DNA from: an uncultured Gammaproteobacteria bacterium
GTDB lineage: Bacteria > Patescibacteriota > Patescibacteriia > Magasanikbacterales > GWA2-37-8
Reading direction: 5' to 3'
Length of the DNA: 64,000 nucleotides
NCBI GenBank assembly: GCA_964540825.1
Contig: CAZINT010000002.1
Location: forward strand, 477 to 64,476
Below are positions 9,767 to 18,888 of the stretch, in pieces; position 1 is the stretch's first letter, and every line of letters begins with the position of its first letter. The notes under the pieces were generated by a model. It saw only the letters and a list, made by a program, of their open reading frames with translations. It was not told the DNA's origin and did no database searches. The translations under genes and the position numbers were made by a program.

Positions 9767-11338
9767 CTACGGTTTAATATAGGTAACCACTTCTTGACCT
9801 TCGGTAACACCGGAGAGAACTTCTACCAAACCGCCGTCAGCTTCGAGTCCGGTCGTAACGTCTACAGAATGGTATGTTTTTTTGACGCTGTCATCAATAA
9901 CGCGAACGGAATGTTTGCCGTTTTCACTAATTATAGCGCTATTAGGCACAGTAAGTACTTGTTTTTTCTCAGCTACCAAAATAGTCATGTTGGCAGTCAT
10001 GCCGGGTTTGATTTCGTCAATTTTAGGAATGCTGGCTGTGACTTTATAGTTAACGACACCCGATACGACAGTAGAAGCAGGATTAATTGTTTGAATGGTG
10101 CCGGTAGAATGGCGATCAGGACCCAGAGCGTCAAAGGTGAAGTCAACGGTCTGACCGATTTTAAGCGAGGCAACATTGGCTTCGCTTACGTTTGCTTCGG
10201 CATGCAAGTCGCCAATATTTTGAAGGGTCATAACGGCCTGTAGCGCGCTGGCCTGTTCGCCAACTTTGGCGTTGATTTGGGTAATAGTTCCGTTAGCGGG
10301 GGCGCGAAGCGTTAAGTTGCCAAGGACGGCACGGGCAGAAGCAACTTGGCCCTGGGCTGAAAGAATCTGGGCGCGAGCAACAGCAAGGTCGGCCGGGCGC
10401 GCGGCAGAGCGCTGTACATCAAGGCTAGCTTTGGCTTGTTCGAGTGCCACAGTCGCACTGTTTACCTGTGCTTGTGCGGCGCTGATGGCGCTTTGCTGTG
10501 ATTCTACTGTGCTTTGGTAGGCATTATTGTTGGTTAAATAGGTGGCAGCTTTGGTGTTTGGAATATCCACTGTCCAATAGTCATCAGGATAGTAGGTTCC
10601 ATTAGGAAATTGTAAAAAAAGACCGTTGCCCATGGAAACAGGAATGGCTGCATTGAGTGGAATGGCGCCGGTTCCACTACCAAGACCACTAACGGTGTAC
10701 TGCATATTACCGGCCATGTACAAACTTATTTTATACTGGCCTTGCTCACTGCCGCCGTAGGTACCACTAATTGTCGGGGTGACAGTTGATCTGTTGGTAG
10801 GACCCGCTACTACGGCAGGAGTCGAGTTAAGGAGCGCATTGTAGGCATTTTTAACGAGAACTGCCTGTTGCTGCTTGGTGGTAGCTAAGTTTTGATTGGC
10901 GTTATCAAGTGCTGTTTGGGCAGCATCAACTGCGCGCTGCGCCACAGTGATTTGCTCATTGCTGGCGCCTGCTAGTACTTTGTCGTAATTAGCCTGGGCC
11001 TGGGCAAGGCTGCCAAGGGCGCTCGTGAGACTGGCTCCGGCACTGGCTTGGTCAAGTGTTGCCAAAATTTGGCCGCTTTTTACCGCATCACCTTCGTTCA
11101 CACGAATCTGACGGATCACACCGCTACCCTGAAAACTAAGGCTAAGATCAGTTTTGCTGACTACTTGGCCAGTGGTTAAAACTGTTTGTTCAATATCTTG
11201 TTTCTTAACTATATCAGTTTGAATGGTGGTGTTAGGAGCATTTTTTTTACGGACATAGCCAAAAACTACCAGCCCGGCGATACCGATAATTATGATACCC
11301 CAGATAACGCGCTTTTTGGTCAGAAACTTTTGGTTCAT
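9767..11338 (-). CDS. efflux periplasmic adaptor subunit (HlyD/MacA family) with a long coiled-coil insert
   Basis: N-terminal TM anchor, biotin-lipoyl-like halves, a long Ala/Gln-rich coiled coil and a C-terminal beta-barrel segment. A 3-nt gap separates it from the ATPase gene. Confidence 0.8.
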   Translation of the reverse strand: MNQKFLTKKRVIWGIIIIGIAGLVVFGYVRKKNAPNTTIQTDIVKKQDIEQTVLTTGQVVSKTDLSLSFQGSGVIRQIRVNEGDAVKSGQILATLDQASAGASLTSALGSLAQAQANYDKVLAGASNEQITVAQRAVDAAQTALDNANQNLATTKQQQAVLVKNAYNALLNSTPAVVAGPTNRSTVTPTISGTYGGSEQGQYKISLYMAGNMQYTVSGLGSGTGAIPLNAAIPVSMGNGLFLQFPNGTYYPDDYWTVDIPNTKAATYLTNNNAYQSTVESQQSAISAAQAQVNSATVALEQAKASLDVQRSAARPADLAVARAQILSAQGQVASARAVLGNLTLRAPANGTITQINAKVGEQASALQAVMTLQNIGDLHAEANVSEANVASLKIGQTVDFTFDALGPDRHSTGTIQTINPASTVVSGVVNYKVTASIPKIDEIKPGMTANMTILVAEKKQVLTVPNSAIISENGKHSVRVIDDSVKKTYHSVDVTTGLEADGGLVEVLSGVTEGQEVVTYIKP

Positions 11339-11351
11339 ACAGAAGATTATA

Positions 11352-11696
11352 TTATTTAGCTAATTTATTTTTAGATTTGCTGCTTTTTAATATTTTTTGA
11401 AAATAGGTTTTAAAATTTTCTTCCTGACCGCTTCCCGAAAGGTGATCCATAACCATGTTAAAAAAATCTCCTACGTTATCTGCTTTAACAAAGGTCAGTA
11501 CCTTGCCCACCTTGTTGCCCATAGCAATTACTTGGTCGCCGGGCTTAAGGCCAAAGTCTTTGCGTGCGTCTGCCGGTATAACGATTTGCCCGCGCTCACC
11601 AACCGTTGTTGTGCCGTAGAGCCGGTCACCTTTATGAATGCGGTTATGAGCGGTCGAGGATTTTGAGGTGTTTATAGGCTTTTTTGTTGTAGCCAT
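11352..11696 (-). CDS. AbrB/MazE/SpoVT-family DNA-binding protein (putative regulator of the efflux operon)
   Basis: SpoVT-AbrB looped-hinge-helix motif GQIVIPADARKDFGLKPGDQV. Sits first in the efflux operon. Confidence 0.7.
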   Translation of the reverse strand: MATTKKPINTSKSSTAHNRIHKGDRLYGTTTVGERGQIVIPADARKDFGLKPGDQVIAMGNKVGKVLTFVKADNVGDFFNMVMDHLSGSGQEENFKTYFQKILKSSKSKNKLAK

Positions 11697-11714
11697 AAAG
11701 ATTTAAAGGGATAT

Positions 11715-11730
11715 ATGATATATCATATTT
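11715..11730. promoter_or_regulatory. perfect 16-bp palindrome ATATGATATATCATAT, 19 bp upstream of the AbrB-like gene start
   Basis: Exact inverted repeat in the divergent intergenic region. A candidate operator. Confidence 0.3.
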
Positions 11731-11874
11731 ATCATATTTTGCTGAGTAAGTCAAATAAAAGAGCCTTCTTGAAAAAGCTTGGATTGCTGCATAAAAACAT
11801 CATAACCCTTGTAACTTTTATTAAAATATGGTGTATGTATACATACGAGAAAATGGGCGGGAAGGAGGAAAACG

Positions 11875-12255
11875 ATGGAAAGAATCGCCGTGGTGAGCGT
11901 CAGTCGGGCAGTGCGCCTCAGAGCCTACAGGCTTCATCATTATGATCAATCAGTCCGCGAATACGCCTGTTTGCTGGAATTGCAGATTGGCGATCGGGAA
12001 CTTGCTGGCTGCGACTTCGTGAATCGAGCGCTCGAGCTGCTGGCACAGATGATGCGTCTGCAGCGAGAGAAACCGCAAAACGCGCTCCGGTCACTCTACA
12101 TTGTGAATAAGCATTTCACTTCGATTTTGCGGATCTGCGTTGAATCGTGGGAGTATGAGGAGGCCGTAGCCTGCTATGAAGCGCGGCTTCACTGCACCAT
12201 GGCCCTCCTGGCTGAGCGGGGTCTCAGCCTCGAGCATTTGTCGCAATTCGCTTGA
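11875..12255 (+). CDS. hypothetical protein (126 aa), GC-rich (~57%) foreign cassette
   Basis: SD AGGAGG sits 6 nt before the ATG. GC is far above flanking DNA. The gene is followed by GGCGCCGC-containing repeats. No family recognised. Confidence 0.5.
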   Translation: MERIAVVSVSRAVRLRAYRLHHYDQSVREYACLLELQIGDRELAGCDFVNRALELLAQMMRLQREKPQNALRSLYIVNKHFTSILRICVESWEYEEAVACYEARLHCTMALLAERGLSLEHLSQFA

Positions 12256-12331
12256 CGCACGTACGTTCTGTTTTTTCGTTTTGGCGCCGCATGTTTTTTC
12301 GTGTCGGCGCCGCTTTGTTTATTTTGGAAAT

Positions 12332-13978
12332 TTATTTAATACGGATAGCAACCGGGCGGTCATTGTTAGAGATGAGCCCGCCCCAGTAGGGGAGAATCGT
12401 GTAATAGTAGGTATGCGAGCGAGTCACGCGTCGATCCGTAAACGTAAACGTATTTTTAGAAACACGCCCGATTTCGCTGCCGCGTTCGCGGCTTGAGTCA
12501 GAGCGGTATATGATATAGCCATCGTAATCAAATACTTCTTGATTTAAATCCCAGGTAAGAATGCTGGTCACCCCTGATTGGCGCACGCTTGATCCGGGAA
12601 TGCTGGGAAATGTGTTTAAGGAAGTTGCTGCGCCAACTGAAACCGAAATTTTTCCGCAAACGGTTGTAGTGCTTTGGCAGACAACAATATCACTCGAACC
12701 GTTAGCCAATCCGTTTACCCGTAAGGCGCTTCCGTTCAAACTTGCTGAAACAATGCCGGAGTTACTGTTGGAAGAAATATAGTAGCCGGCAGCTAAAGGG
12801 TTAGTAATTGCGATTTGCATACTCTGACCGCGGAAAAGTGGAATGGTAAAACTAAGACCGCCAAGTGTAATCGGAGTGGTAGTAAGTAATGTGATTGTAA
12901 TTGTAGTGCAGCTCGACGTGTTTTGCGTATCGCACACAACGACCGTGCTTGATCCGTAATCGGCAGTGCTCGTAAGCGTAAGGACGCTGCCGCTGAGCGA
13001 CGCGTTCACTCCGGAAGTGTATGTTGAAGCTCCGGAAATAAAATAATTTCCGGACCCTCCGTAGATAGTGACGGTTCTGTTTTGGTAGCGAGTAAGGTCG
13101 AGCGTATTCTGGCTGGCGCTGAGCGTGCTATAGGTGGGATTAGTGGTGATTAAGAGTGTGCCGCAGCTGTTCGGAAAACCAACTGCGCAAATAGTTAGGG
13201 TCGAAGAACCGTTGTAGCTCTTACCGTAGAGCGAAAGCGTGCTACCGCTGATTGAAGGGCTCACGACATTTGGATTGGAATTCGAGGTAACGTAGTAATT
13301 GCCCGCGGAGCTGCCGTACAGCGTAACAGAAGTCGTTTGACCGTTTTGCAGTGTTACTGTGTTTTGACTAAAAGTAACTTGATTTTGATTGCCGCTACCG
13401 GAGCCAACATTTACCCAAACTGTGCTGCACCCTGCATTCGCACCGCACAAAGTAAGCTGTGACGAACCCGTTGTATTTCCGGTTACATTTACTTGGGAGT
13501 TATTGGCAGCTGCTCCGAGTACGGAACTGTTGCTATTATACGCAATATATACCTGTGTTGAAGCAGTAATGGTAAAACTTTGACCGATTGCCAACTGGAG
13601 GTTGCTTTGGCTGAGCGTCAGATTATTCGTATATGAAGGCCACGAAATGGTGGGGGAAGAAATGCCGTTAATAATCGCATATGTTTGAGCGCCGCTTGAA
13701 ATACCGTAGGTGCCGCTACTGATAGTCATGTTTAGATTTCCATTCGAGTCAGTATACCCGAAATTACTTACCGTGGTTGGCGTAGCAGCACCGGGGCGGT
13801 AAAAGACTAATTGTGCAGTACTATTTGCATCTCCACTAATGCGCACGTGCACCTGGTCGCCGCTGCTGACGCTTGAGGTAATATACGGTTGGATGGCAGC
13901 ATGACTTGGTCGGAATGAGCAAGCGAGTCCGGCCACTGCTAACAATGTAAAAAGTGACCATTTTTGAAAATTCCGCAT
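12332..13978 (-). CDS. large secreted cell-surface protein with tandem Cys-pair Ig-like repeats and a C-terminal Fn3-like domain
   Basis: Signal peptide. Ser/Thr/Asn/Gly-rich composition. At least three ~65-aa repeats with the pattern …GS.L.L.G…SST..VC…C.T. C-terminal Fn3-like segment (YIIYRSDSS…YYYTI). Confidence 0.7.
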   Translation of the reverse strand: MRNFQKWSLFTLLAVAGLACSFRPSHAAIQPYITSSVSSGDQVHVRISGDANSTAQLVFYRPGAATPTTVSNFGYTDSNGNLNMTISSGTYGISSGAQTYAIINGISSPTISWPSYTNNLTLSQSNLQLAIGQSFTITASTQVYIAYNSNSSVLGAAANNSQVNVTGNTTGSSQLTLCGANAGCSTVWVNVGSGSGNQNQVTFSQNTVTLQNGQTTSVTLYGSSAGNYYVTSNSNPNVVSPSISGSTLSLYGKSYNGSSTLTICAVGFPNSCGTLLITTNPTYSTLSASQNTLDLTRYQNRTVTIYGGSGNYFISGASTYTSGVNASLSGSVLTLTSTADYGSSTVVVCDTQNTSSCTTITITLLTTTPITLGGLSFTIPLFRGQSMQIAITNPLAAGYYISSNSNSGIVSASLNGSALRVNGLANGSSDIVVCQSTTTVCGKISVSVGAATSLNTFPSIPGSSVRQSGVTSILTWDLNQEVFDYDGYIIYRSDSSRERGSEIGRVSKNTFTFTDRRVTRSHTYYYTILPYWGGLISNNDRPVAIRIK

Positions 13979-14104
13979 ACTAAAATAATTAAAAATGATA
14001 TACCTGTAGTCTACCAGGAAAAACTTGTTTTGTAGTCTTCTGTCAAGTGTTGTCTTAATTAAAAAACCAAGGTTTTTAACCCTGGTTTTTAAAAACTTGC
14101 TCGA

Positions 14105-15055
14105 TTATTTTTTGGTTATGCCGCCGGGCATGAGAACAATCGTGCCGCTCAGCATCCCGACCTTACCGTCCAGCATCGCAGTTACTGTGTAGGAATCACC
14201 GGTGCTGGTATAGGTGTAGGCTTTACCGCCCGGGTCAGGGGGGATAGAGCCAAAATAAGGGTATGGGCAATCATTGCTTGATCCCCAGCCATCGGTATTC
14301 AGGCACGAAGTTTCGTTCATGCCCAGTACTACTTGCGTTCCCTCAGGGTACATGCCCGCTGCAGTAAAATAGGCAGCAAGCGCAATTTGAAGTTGTTTGA
14401 GCGTCGTGACACGTTCTAAATCAGTTGCACTCGCCGAGCTATCAGTAATTGGCGCGACCACAGGGTTTTCGCCGGAAAAAATATCTGGTTGTCTAATGTC
14501 AGTCGGTGCAACCGGTTGGCTGAGCGTGGTGAGTGCTGCGGTAGTGGTGGCAATTGATTCGATGGCGCTGAGTGGAATTTTTGAAGGAGTAACTTTAATT
14601 TTGAGTTGGCGGCCATTCGGAGCGATGGTATTTTTTCCGGTGTACTTGATTGAGTAATAATACGTCTTGCCCGCCAGAGCTTTTTTGTCGGTAAATGTGA
14701 GCTGTGTCTTTGTAGGGTGTCCGATATCTGCGCCTAGTTTTCCGGATTGCTCCGAGCGATACACTATGTAATTGGCGAAACTAACTCCTTTTGCTGGCTT
14801 GCCCCATTTCAAAATCACAGCTGGTCCCAGCTGTTGCACGGTAAGCCCGGGAACGATAGGTAGTTTTATAGTTTTTACAACTGCTGGCTTAGTAATTTTG
14901 GCAATTGTCCCGGTGGACGCAGCAATGGTTAAGCCGCTAAAGGTAAGACAGACAACGGCGACGAAGCTGTAGAACAGAAAGTTTCTGGCCTGCTTCGCGG
15001 TAGTATTTTTCATAGATACAATTAAGAATATAGCTGTAGTATAGCACTTTTTCAT
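14105..15055 (-). CDS. secreted protein with an N-terminal Fn3-like domain and a C-terminal type II secretion/type IV pilin-like globular domain
   Basis: Signal/TM segment. Fn3-like region (YIVYRSEQSG…YYYSIKY). C-terminus LKQLQIALAAYFTAAGMYPE…IPPDPGGKAYTYTSTGDSYTVTAMLDG matches the GspG/pseudopilin globular domain pattern. Confidence 0.6.
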   Translation of the reverse strand: MKKCYTTAIFLIVSMKNTTAKQARNFLFYSFVAVVCLTFSGLTIAASTGTIAKITKPAVVKTIKLPIVPGLTVQQLGPAVILKWGKPAKGVSFANYIVYRSEQSGKLGADIGHPTKTQLTFTDKKALAGKTYYYSIKYTGKNTIAPNGRQLKIKVTPSKIPLSAIESIATTTAALTTLSQPVAPTDIRQPDIFSGENPVVAPITDSSASATDLERVTTLKQLQIALAAYFTAAGMYPEGTQVVLGMNETSCLNTDGWGSSNDCPYPYFGSIPPDPGGKAYTYTSTGDSYTVTAMLDGKVGMLSGTIVLMPGGITKK

Positions 15056-15096
15056 CTTCGTGGGCAGTGATATTTTTTGTTTGTAAAGAGTGTGGT

Positions 15097-15606
15097 AGTA
15101 TGGAGTCTATGCAAATACCTTATAGACGCCCTGGTAAATTCAGCCAAATGAAAGGAGATCCGCTCATTACGCGTGAGAAATTTTTAGAATTAGAGCGTAA
15201 GCTGGATCGACTTAAAAATATCAGCCGCCCTGAAGCCGCGAGCGAAGTAAAACGTCTTGCGGAATTAGGTGATTTTTCGGAAAACGCTGAGTATCAACTC
15301 GCCAAAGGCAGGCTCCGAGGGATCAATAGCCGAATACTCTCAATTGAAATTCAGCTGAAGCAAGCGATCGTTATTAATCATGAGGATACGGGACAAGTGC
15401 AGGTAGGAAGTACGGTTACTATTTCAGACGGTGCGAGCGAAAAGACCTACCAGATTTTGGGGTCAACCGAAACGAGGCCCCAGCAAGGAATTATTTCACA
15501 TAATTCGCCCGTCGGAAAAGCGCTGCTCGGGCACGAAGTGGGGGACAGGGTGCGCGTTGAATTAGCGACGCGGGAAGTTGAATATACCATACTAAAAATT
15601 AGGTAA
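15097..15606 (+). CDS. greA: transcription elongation factor GreA
   Basis: N-terminal coiled coil (LITREKFLELERKLDRLKN…GDFSENAEYQLAKGR) and a C-terminal FKBP-like domain. The start is ambiguous: 15067 (alternative codon), 15097 or 15148. Confidence 0.8.
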   Translation, partial: SMESMQIPYRRPGKFSQMKGDPLITREKFLELERKLDRLKNISRPEAASEVKRLAELGDFSENAEYQLAKGRLRGINSRILSIEIQLKQAIVINHEDTGQVQVGSTVTISDGASEKTYQILGSTETRPQQGIISHNSPVGKALLGHEVGDRVRVELATREVEYTILKIR

Positions 15607-15651
15607 CCGGCATCAAAAAACAGGCTCGAAAGCCTGTTTTTTTAGTATGTT

Positions 15652-16287
15652 TTATTTTTTCTTTTTTGCCGCCGCTTTTTTGGCAGCAGGCTTGGCTGGT
15701 TCTTCAGCCTTCTCTTCTTTTTTAACTTTTTTCTTACCGATCGCTTCAGCCTTCTCAAGGGTGATTGGCTCAAGTTTTGATTGATTAGGGTTAAGGGCGT
15801 TTAAGATTCTATCAAGTTTGTCGTTGAGCTGTTCGAGCTGCTCTTTGAGGCTATCAATATTTTTGTTAGTATTGACGCCGCCTTTGTCAAAACAGTTGTT
15901 GCAAAAGACCGGTTTACCAGCAAGAGGTTTGAACGGTACTTCGCAATCGTTACCGCATTTACCACAGGTAGCGTGAAACATTTTTTTGTCTTCAAAACTT
16001 GGGCGCTGGAAGCTGTTGCCACCAAAGCGGGGGGCACCGGCTCCGGCATTTCCTTCGCGTTCAAAACAGTTGCTGCAAAATACAGGGCGTCCGCCGGATG
16101 GGCGAAACGGGATTTTACAATCCCTGCCGCAGGTGCTGCAGGTTGCATCGTAGAGCTCGCGTTTTTCGCCGCCAAAACCACCGCGGTTGCCTCCACCAAA
16201 TGAAGGGCGTCCGCCAAAATCTCGTTTGCCAAAAGGCTTGCCTCCTCGGTCGCCACCAGGTCCTCGATTGTCTCTAAAATTCTTCAT
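15652..16287 (-). CDS. CxxC-x17-CxxC domain protein with an RGG/Gly-rich N-terminus and a Lys-rich C-terminal tail
   Basis: Two copies of C-x2-C-x3-C-x-PF-P-x5-PV-x-C-x2-CF. An N-terminal GGxRGG repeat region. A C-terminal KKAAAKKKK tail. Confidence 0.7.
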   Translation of the reverse strand: MKNFRDNRGPGGDRGGKPFGKRDFGGRPSFGGGNRGGFGGEKRELYDATCSTCGRDCKIPFRPSGGRPVFCSNCFEREGNAGAGAPRFGGNSFQRPSFEDKKMFHATCGKCGNDCEVPFKPLAGKPVFCNNCFDKGGVNTNKNIDSLKEQLEQLNDKLDRILNALNPNQSKLEPITLEKAEAIGKKKVKKEEKAEEPAKPAAKKAAAKKKK

Positions 16288-16383
16288 AGGGTAGAGCTTG
16301 ATTAAGCTGTATTAATAAGGGTAACTAGTGAAGACTACACTATTTTGCGATAAATAGCAAGGGGCAGACCTTCGGAAAGGCTT

Positions 16384-17118
16384 TTAGGAGGCCAAATAAT
16401 GACGCAGGGTGAAGACGAGTTCCGGGTTTTGATCGATCTCATTTTTTTGAGTTTCACTGCCGTAGAGCCACTCGAGATACGCTTTATCGCTTTTGGCTAC
16501 CTCAGCATAGGTCTTCCCTTTGTATTTTCCAAAACGAATTGTGTTCAAGAGTGTTGGTTGCTGATTAAGCTCCAAAATTTTTTCATAGACCTGAGCTTCA
16601 TCTGTAAGGTTGTATTTTTCGGCAACTTTTTTCTGTAAATATTCAAAAAGCGCTTCTAAAACTAGAATATCACCCAGTGCGTCATGAGCGGTTCCGGCAA
16701 CATTGAGTCCGAGGAAATAACGCAGGTACTGCAAAGCATGCTGCTCGGCGCCCTCAACTACATGGCGGGAGAGTCGGACAGTATCAATATGATTGTTGAT
16801 GATAACTCCTTCGTTTTTGAGAATGCCGATATCAAAAGCAGCATTGTGAGCGACAACGATTACATGCTCAAGTTCATTCACCAAAGTTTTGCGGCATTCA
16901 CTTCCGGCAAAGGCGGGTTTATCTTCAACCATTTCATGTGTGATGTGGTGTACAGCCATGGCGCCATAAGAAATTTTTACGGGTGGCTTAAAGTATTCGT
17001 TTACAATCGTACCAGTTGCACTGTTTTTGTAAGCGAGTTGCACCAAGCGTGCGCCCGGATCAGTCCCGGTAGTTTCGGTATCAAGATATAAAAAATGCAT
17101 ATAAGTATTTACTTCCAT
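16384..17118 (-). CDS. DEDDh 3'-5' exonuclease (DnaQ-like) fused to an exodeoxyribonuclease X-type C-terminal domain
   Basis: Exo I motif FLYLDTETTG, Exo II HNAAFD, Exo III H-x4-D (HDALGD). C-terminal FGKYKGKTYAEV…YLEWL domain. Confidence 0.75.
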   Translation of the reverse strand: MEVNTYMHFLYLDTETTGTDPGARLVQLAYKNSATGTIVNEYFKPPVKISYGAMAVHHITHEMVEDKPAFAGSECRKTLVNELEHVIVVAHNAAFDIGILKNEGVIINNHIDTVRLSRHVVEGAEQHALQYLRYFLGLNVAGTAHDALGDILVLEALFEYLQKKVAEKYNLTDEAQVYEKILELNQQPTLLNTIRFGKYKGKTYAEVAKSDKAYLEWLYGSETQKNEIDQNPELVFTLRHYLAS

Positions 17119-17205
17119 GACGCTGCAAGCTTATCTTGCGGAGCGCGCTGTGCAGTTAAAACAAGGTTCATATTCTTGATAAACAAAAAATTTTAAAAAC
17201 AGTAA

Positions 17206-18258
17206 TTACCCTTTATATTCGTTTAAAAAAACAAGCGTTGCGCGTTCGGCTATTTTGAGACGTGCATTGGTAAACTTTTTCATTTTTGATCTTTTGGCAC
17301 AATCAGGTAAACGGTGTTTGAGATAGACTGCCAGTACTCCGGGATGGATATAGGATTTTCTACAAATTGCAGGTGTGTTACCGAGCTCCTCGGCAACCTG
17401 TTGAATGGTGGTGGTGATATTTTTTTTAAGCTCGGTTTTGGTTGTGGCAGCAGATTGGATTAAAAGCTGCTTGAGTGCTGAGACGGTAGCGTGCCAGGTC
17501 CTGAAATCTTTGGCGGTAAAATCATTCTGGGAGATTTCTTTCAAATACGCATTTACATCGTTTGATTCAACACGATGGATTGACCCGTCGCTGTCGCGAT
17601 ATTCAAATAGTTCGTACCCGGGCAATTCTTGGCTGGTATGAATAATTTTAGCCAGTTCTTTGTTGTGGAATTCAACGGTATGCTGAATGCCTCGTTTACC
17701 GCGAAACGAAAATTGGATTGTATCGCCGTGTATTCGGGCATGACGATTGCGAAGGGTGGTTAAGCCATAGGATTTATTTTCTTTGGCATATTCTTCGTTG
17801 CCAATACGAATATGGGTTTTGTCGAGCACGGCTACGATCGCCGCTAGTATTTTTTGACGTGGATTTCCTTTTTCGTGAAGTTGTTTATGCACCGTTTCTC
17901 TAATTGCGGGCAGTGCTTGGCCGAACGCAAGCATGTGCTCAAATTTATTAGCATCTCTCACGGCTCGCCAATTAGGATGATAGAGATACTGCGTGCGCCC
18001 TCGTTGGTCCTTGCCGGTGGCCTGCAGGTGACCATTAGCAAATGGAGAAATGTGTACATCACGGTAGGCGGGCGGAATTTTAATTTGCCTGATCCGTTTT
18101 AAAATAGTTTTATCGGTAATTGTTGTGTTTGCAGTATCGCGATACCTAAAACCTCGCCCTAAACGAACGCGAGTGATGGTCAGTTTTTCTGGGTACATGT
18201 AGTGTAGTCCATTTTCTTCTGCAATACTTTTGCTGTCGAGTTCCGGTGTTTGGTGCAT
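17206..18258 (-). CDS. DNA topoisomerase IB (poxvirus/bacterial TopIB type)
   Basis: Conserved TopIB catalytic region: SFRGKRGIQHTVEF…DFTAKDFRTWHATV…CRKSYIHPGV (active-site Tyr context). Confidence 0.8.
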   Translation of the reverse strand: MHQTPELDSKSIAEENGLHYMYPEKLTITRVRLGRGFRYRDTANTTITDKTILKRIRQIKIPPAYRDVHISPFANGHLQATGKDQRGRTQYLYHPNWRAVRDANKFEHMLAFGQALPAIRETVHKQLHEKGNPRQKILAAIVAVLDKTHIRIGNEEYAKENKSYGLTTLRNRHARIHGDTIQFSFRGKRGIQHTVEFHNKELAKIIHTSQELPGYELFEYRDSDGSIHRVESNDVNAYLKEISQNDFTAKDFRTWHATVSALKQLLIQSAATTKTELKKNITTTIQQVAEELGNTPAICRKSYIHPGVLAVYLKHRLPDCAKRSKMKKFTNARLKIAERATLVFLNEYKG

Positions 18259-18335
18259 ACAAGAAGTTGCTGATTGGTAGATTTGTAATTAGTTTAGCAT
18301 GCTGCGTCCTGCCTGGCTAGCAGATTCTAATAATA

Positions 18336-18372
18336 AAACAAGCTTCCGTCAGGAAGCTTGTTTTGGTTTTTT
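18336..18372. terminator. rho-independent terminator hairpin (aacaagcttcc-gtca-ggaagcttgtt + T-run)
   Basis: 11-bp perfect stem followed by TTTTGGTTTTTT. Confidence 0.5.
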
Positions 18373-18888
18373 GTTAAGCGTTGTCCGGTGTACTTGGTAC
18401 GCCGTCGCCATCGTGATCGTGGCCGTCGCCTTTAGTATGGCCTGGAGGAAGTGGTGTGCCGTCTTTAGTCATTGTGTCGTCTTGGTCTTCGTCAGTAGTG
18501 TAGAACATAGTCATGCTGTTAATGAATAATTTCTGAGATATGGTAGCGCACGCTCGACTGCGTACCCATAGCTCATAGGTACCGTACGTTGCTCTCGTTT
18601 ATTCGTCAAGTGGGTTGTGCAATATCGCACTATAGCGTAGAATAGTTTTTTACTTAATCAAAACATATGCTTGATTTTATCAAATCATATTTTATTGCCT
18701 GGATCCTCGGCGGTGGATTCTTTTTGGCACTCGTCATCTATCTTATTTTTTTCCGCTAATGTATACATACATTTGACAGATTACTGTGTAGTCGGGTTTT
18801 TTCCCGGCTACTTTTTATAAAAAGAGTTATTTAAGCATTGACAAAAAAGTCAAAATAGTGTCAAGTAATCCTCAGGGAGGACTATATA

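Noticed and set aside
11832-18775. Shared 12-mer ATGTATACATAC near two foreign cassettes (11834 and 18759)
   Set aside because: A 12-mer match between two sites in 64 kb over both strands is expected by chance. It is noted only as palindromic AT-rich promoter sequence.
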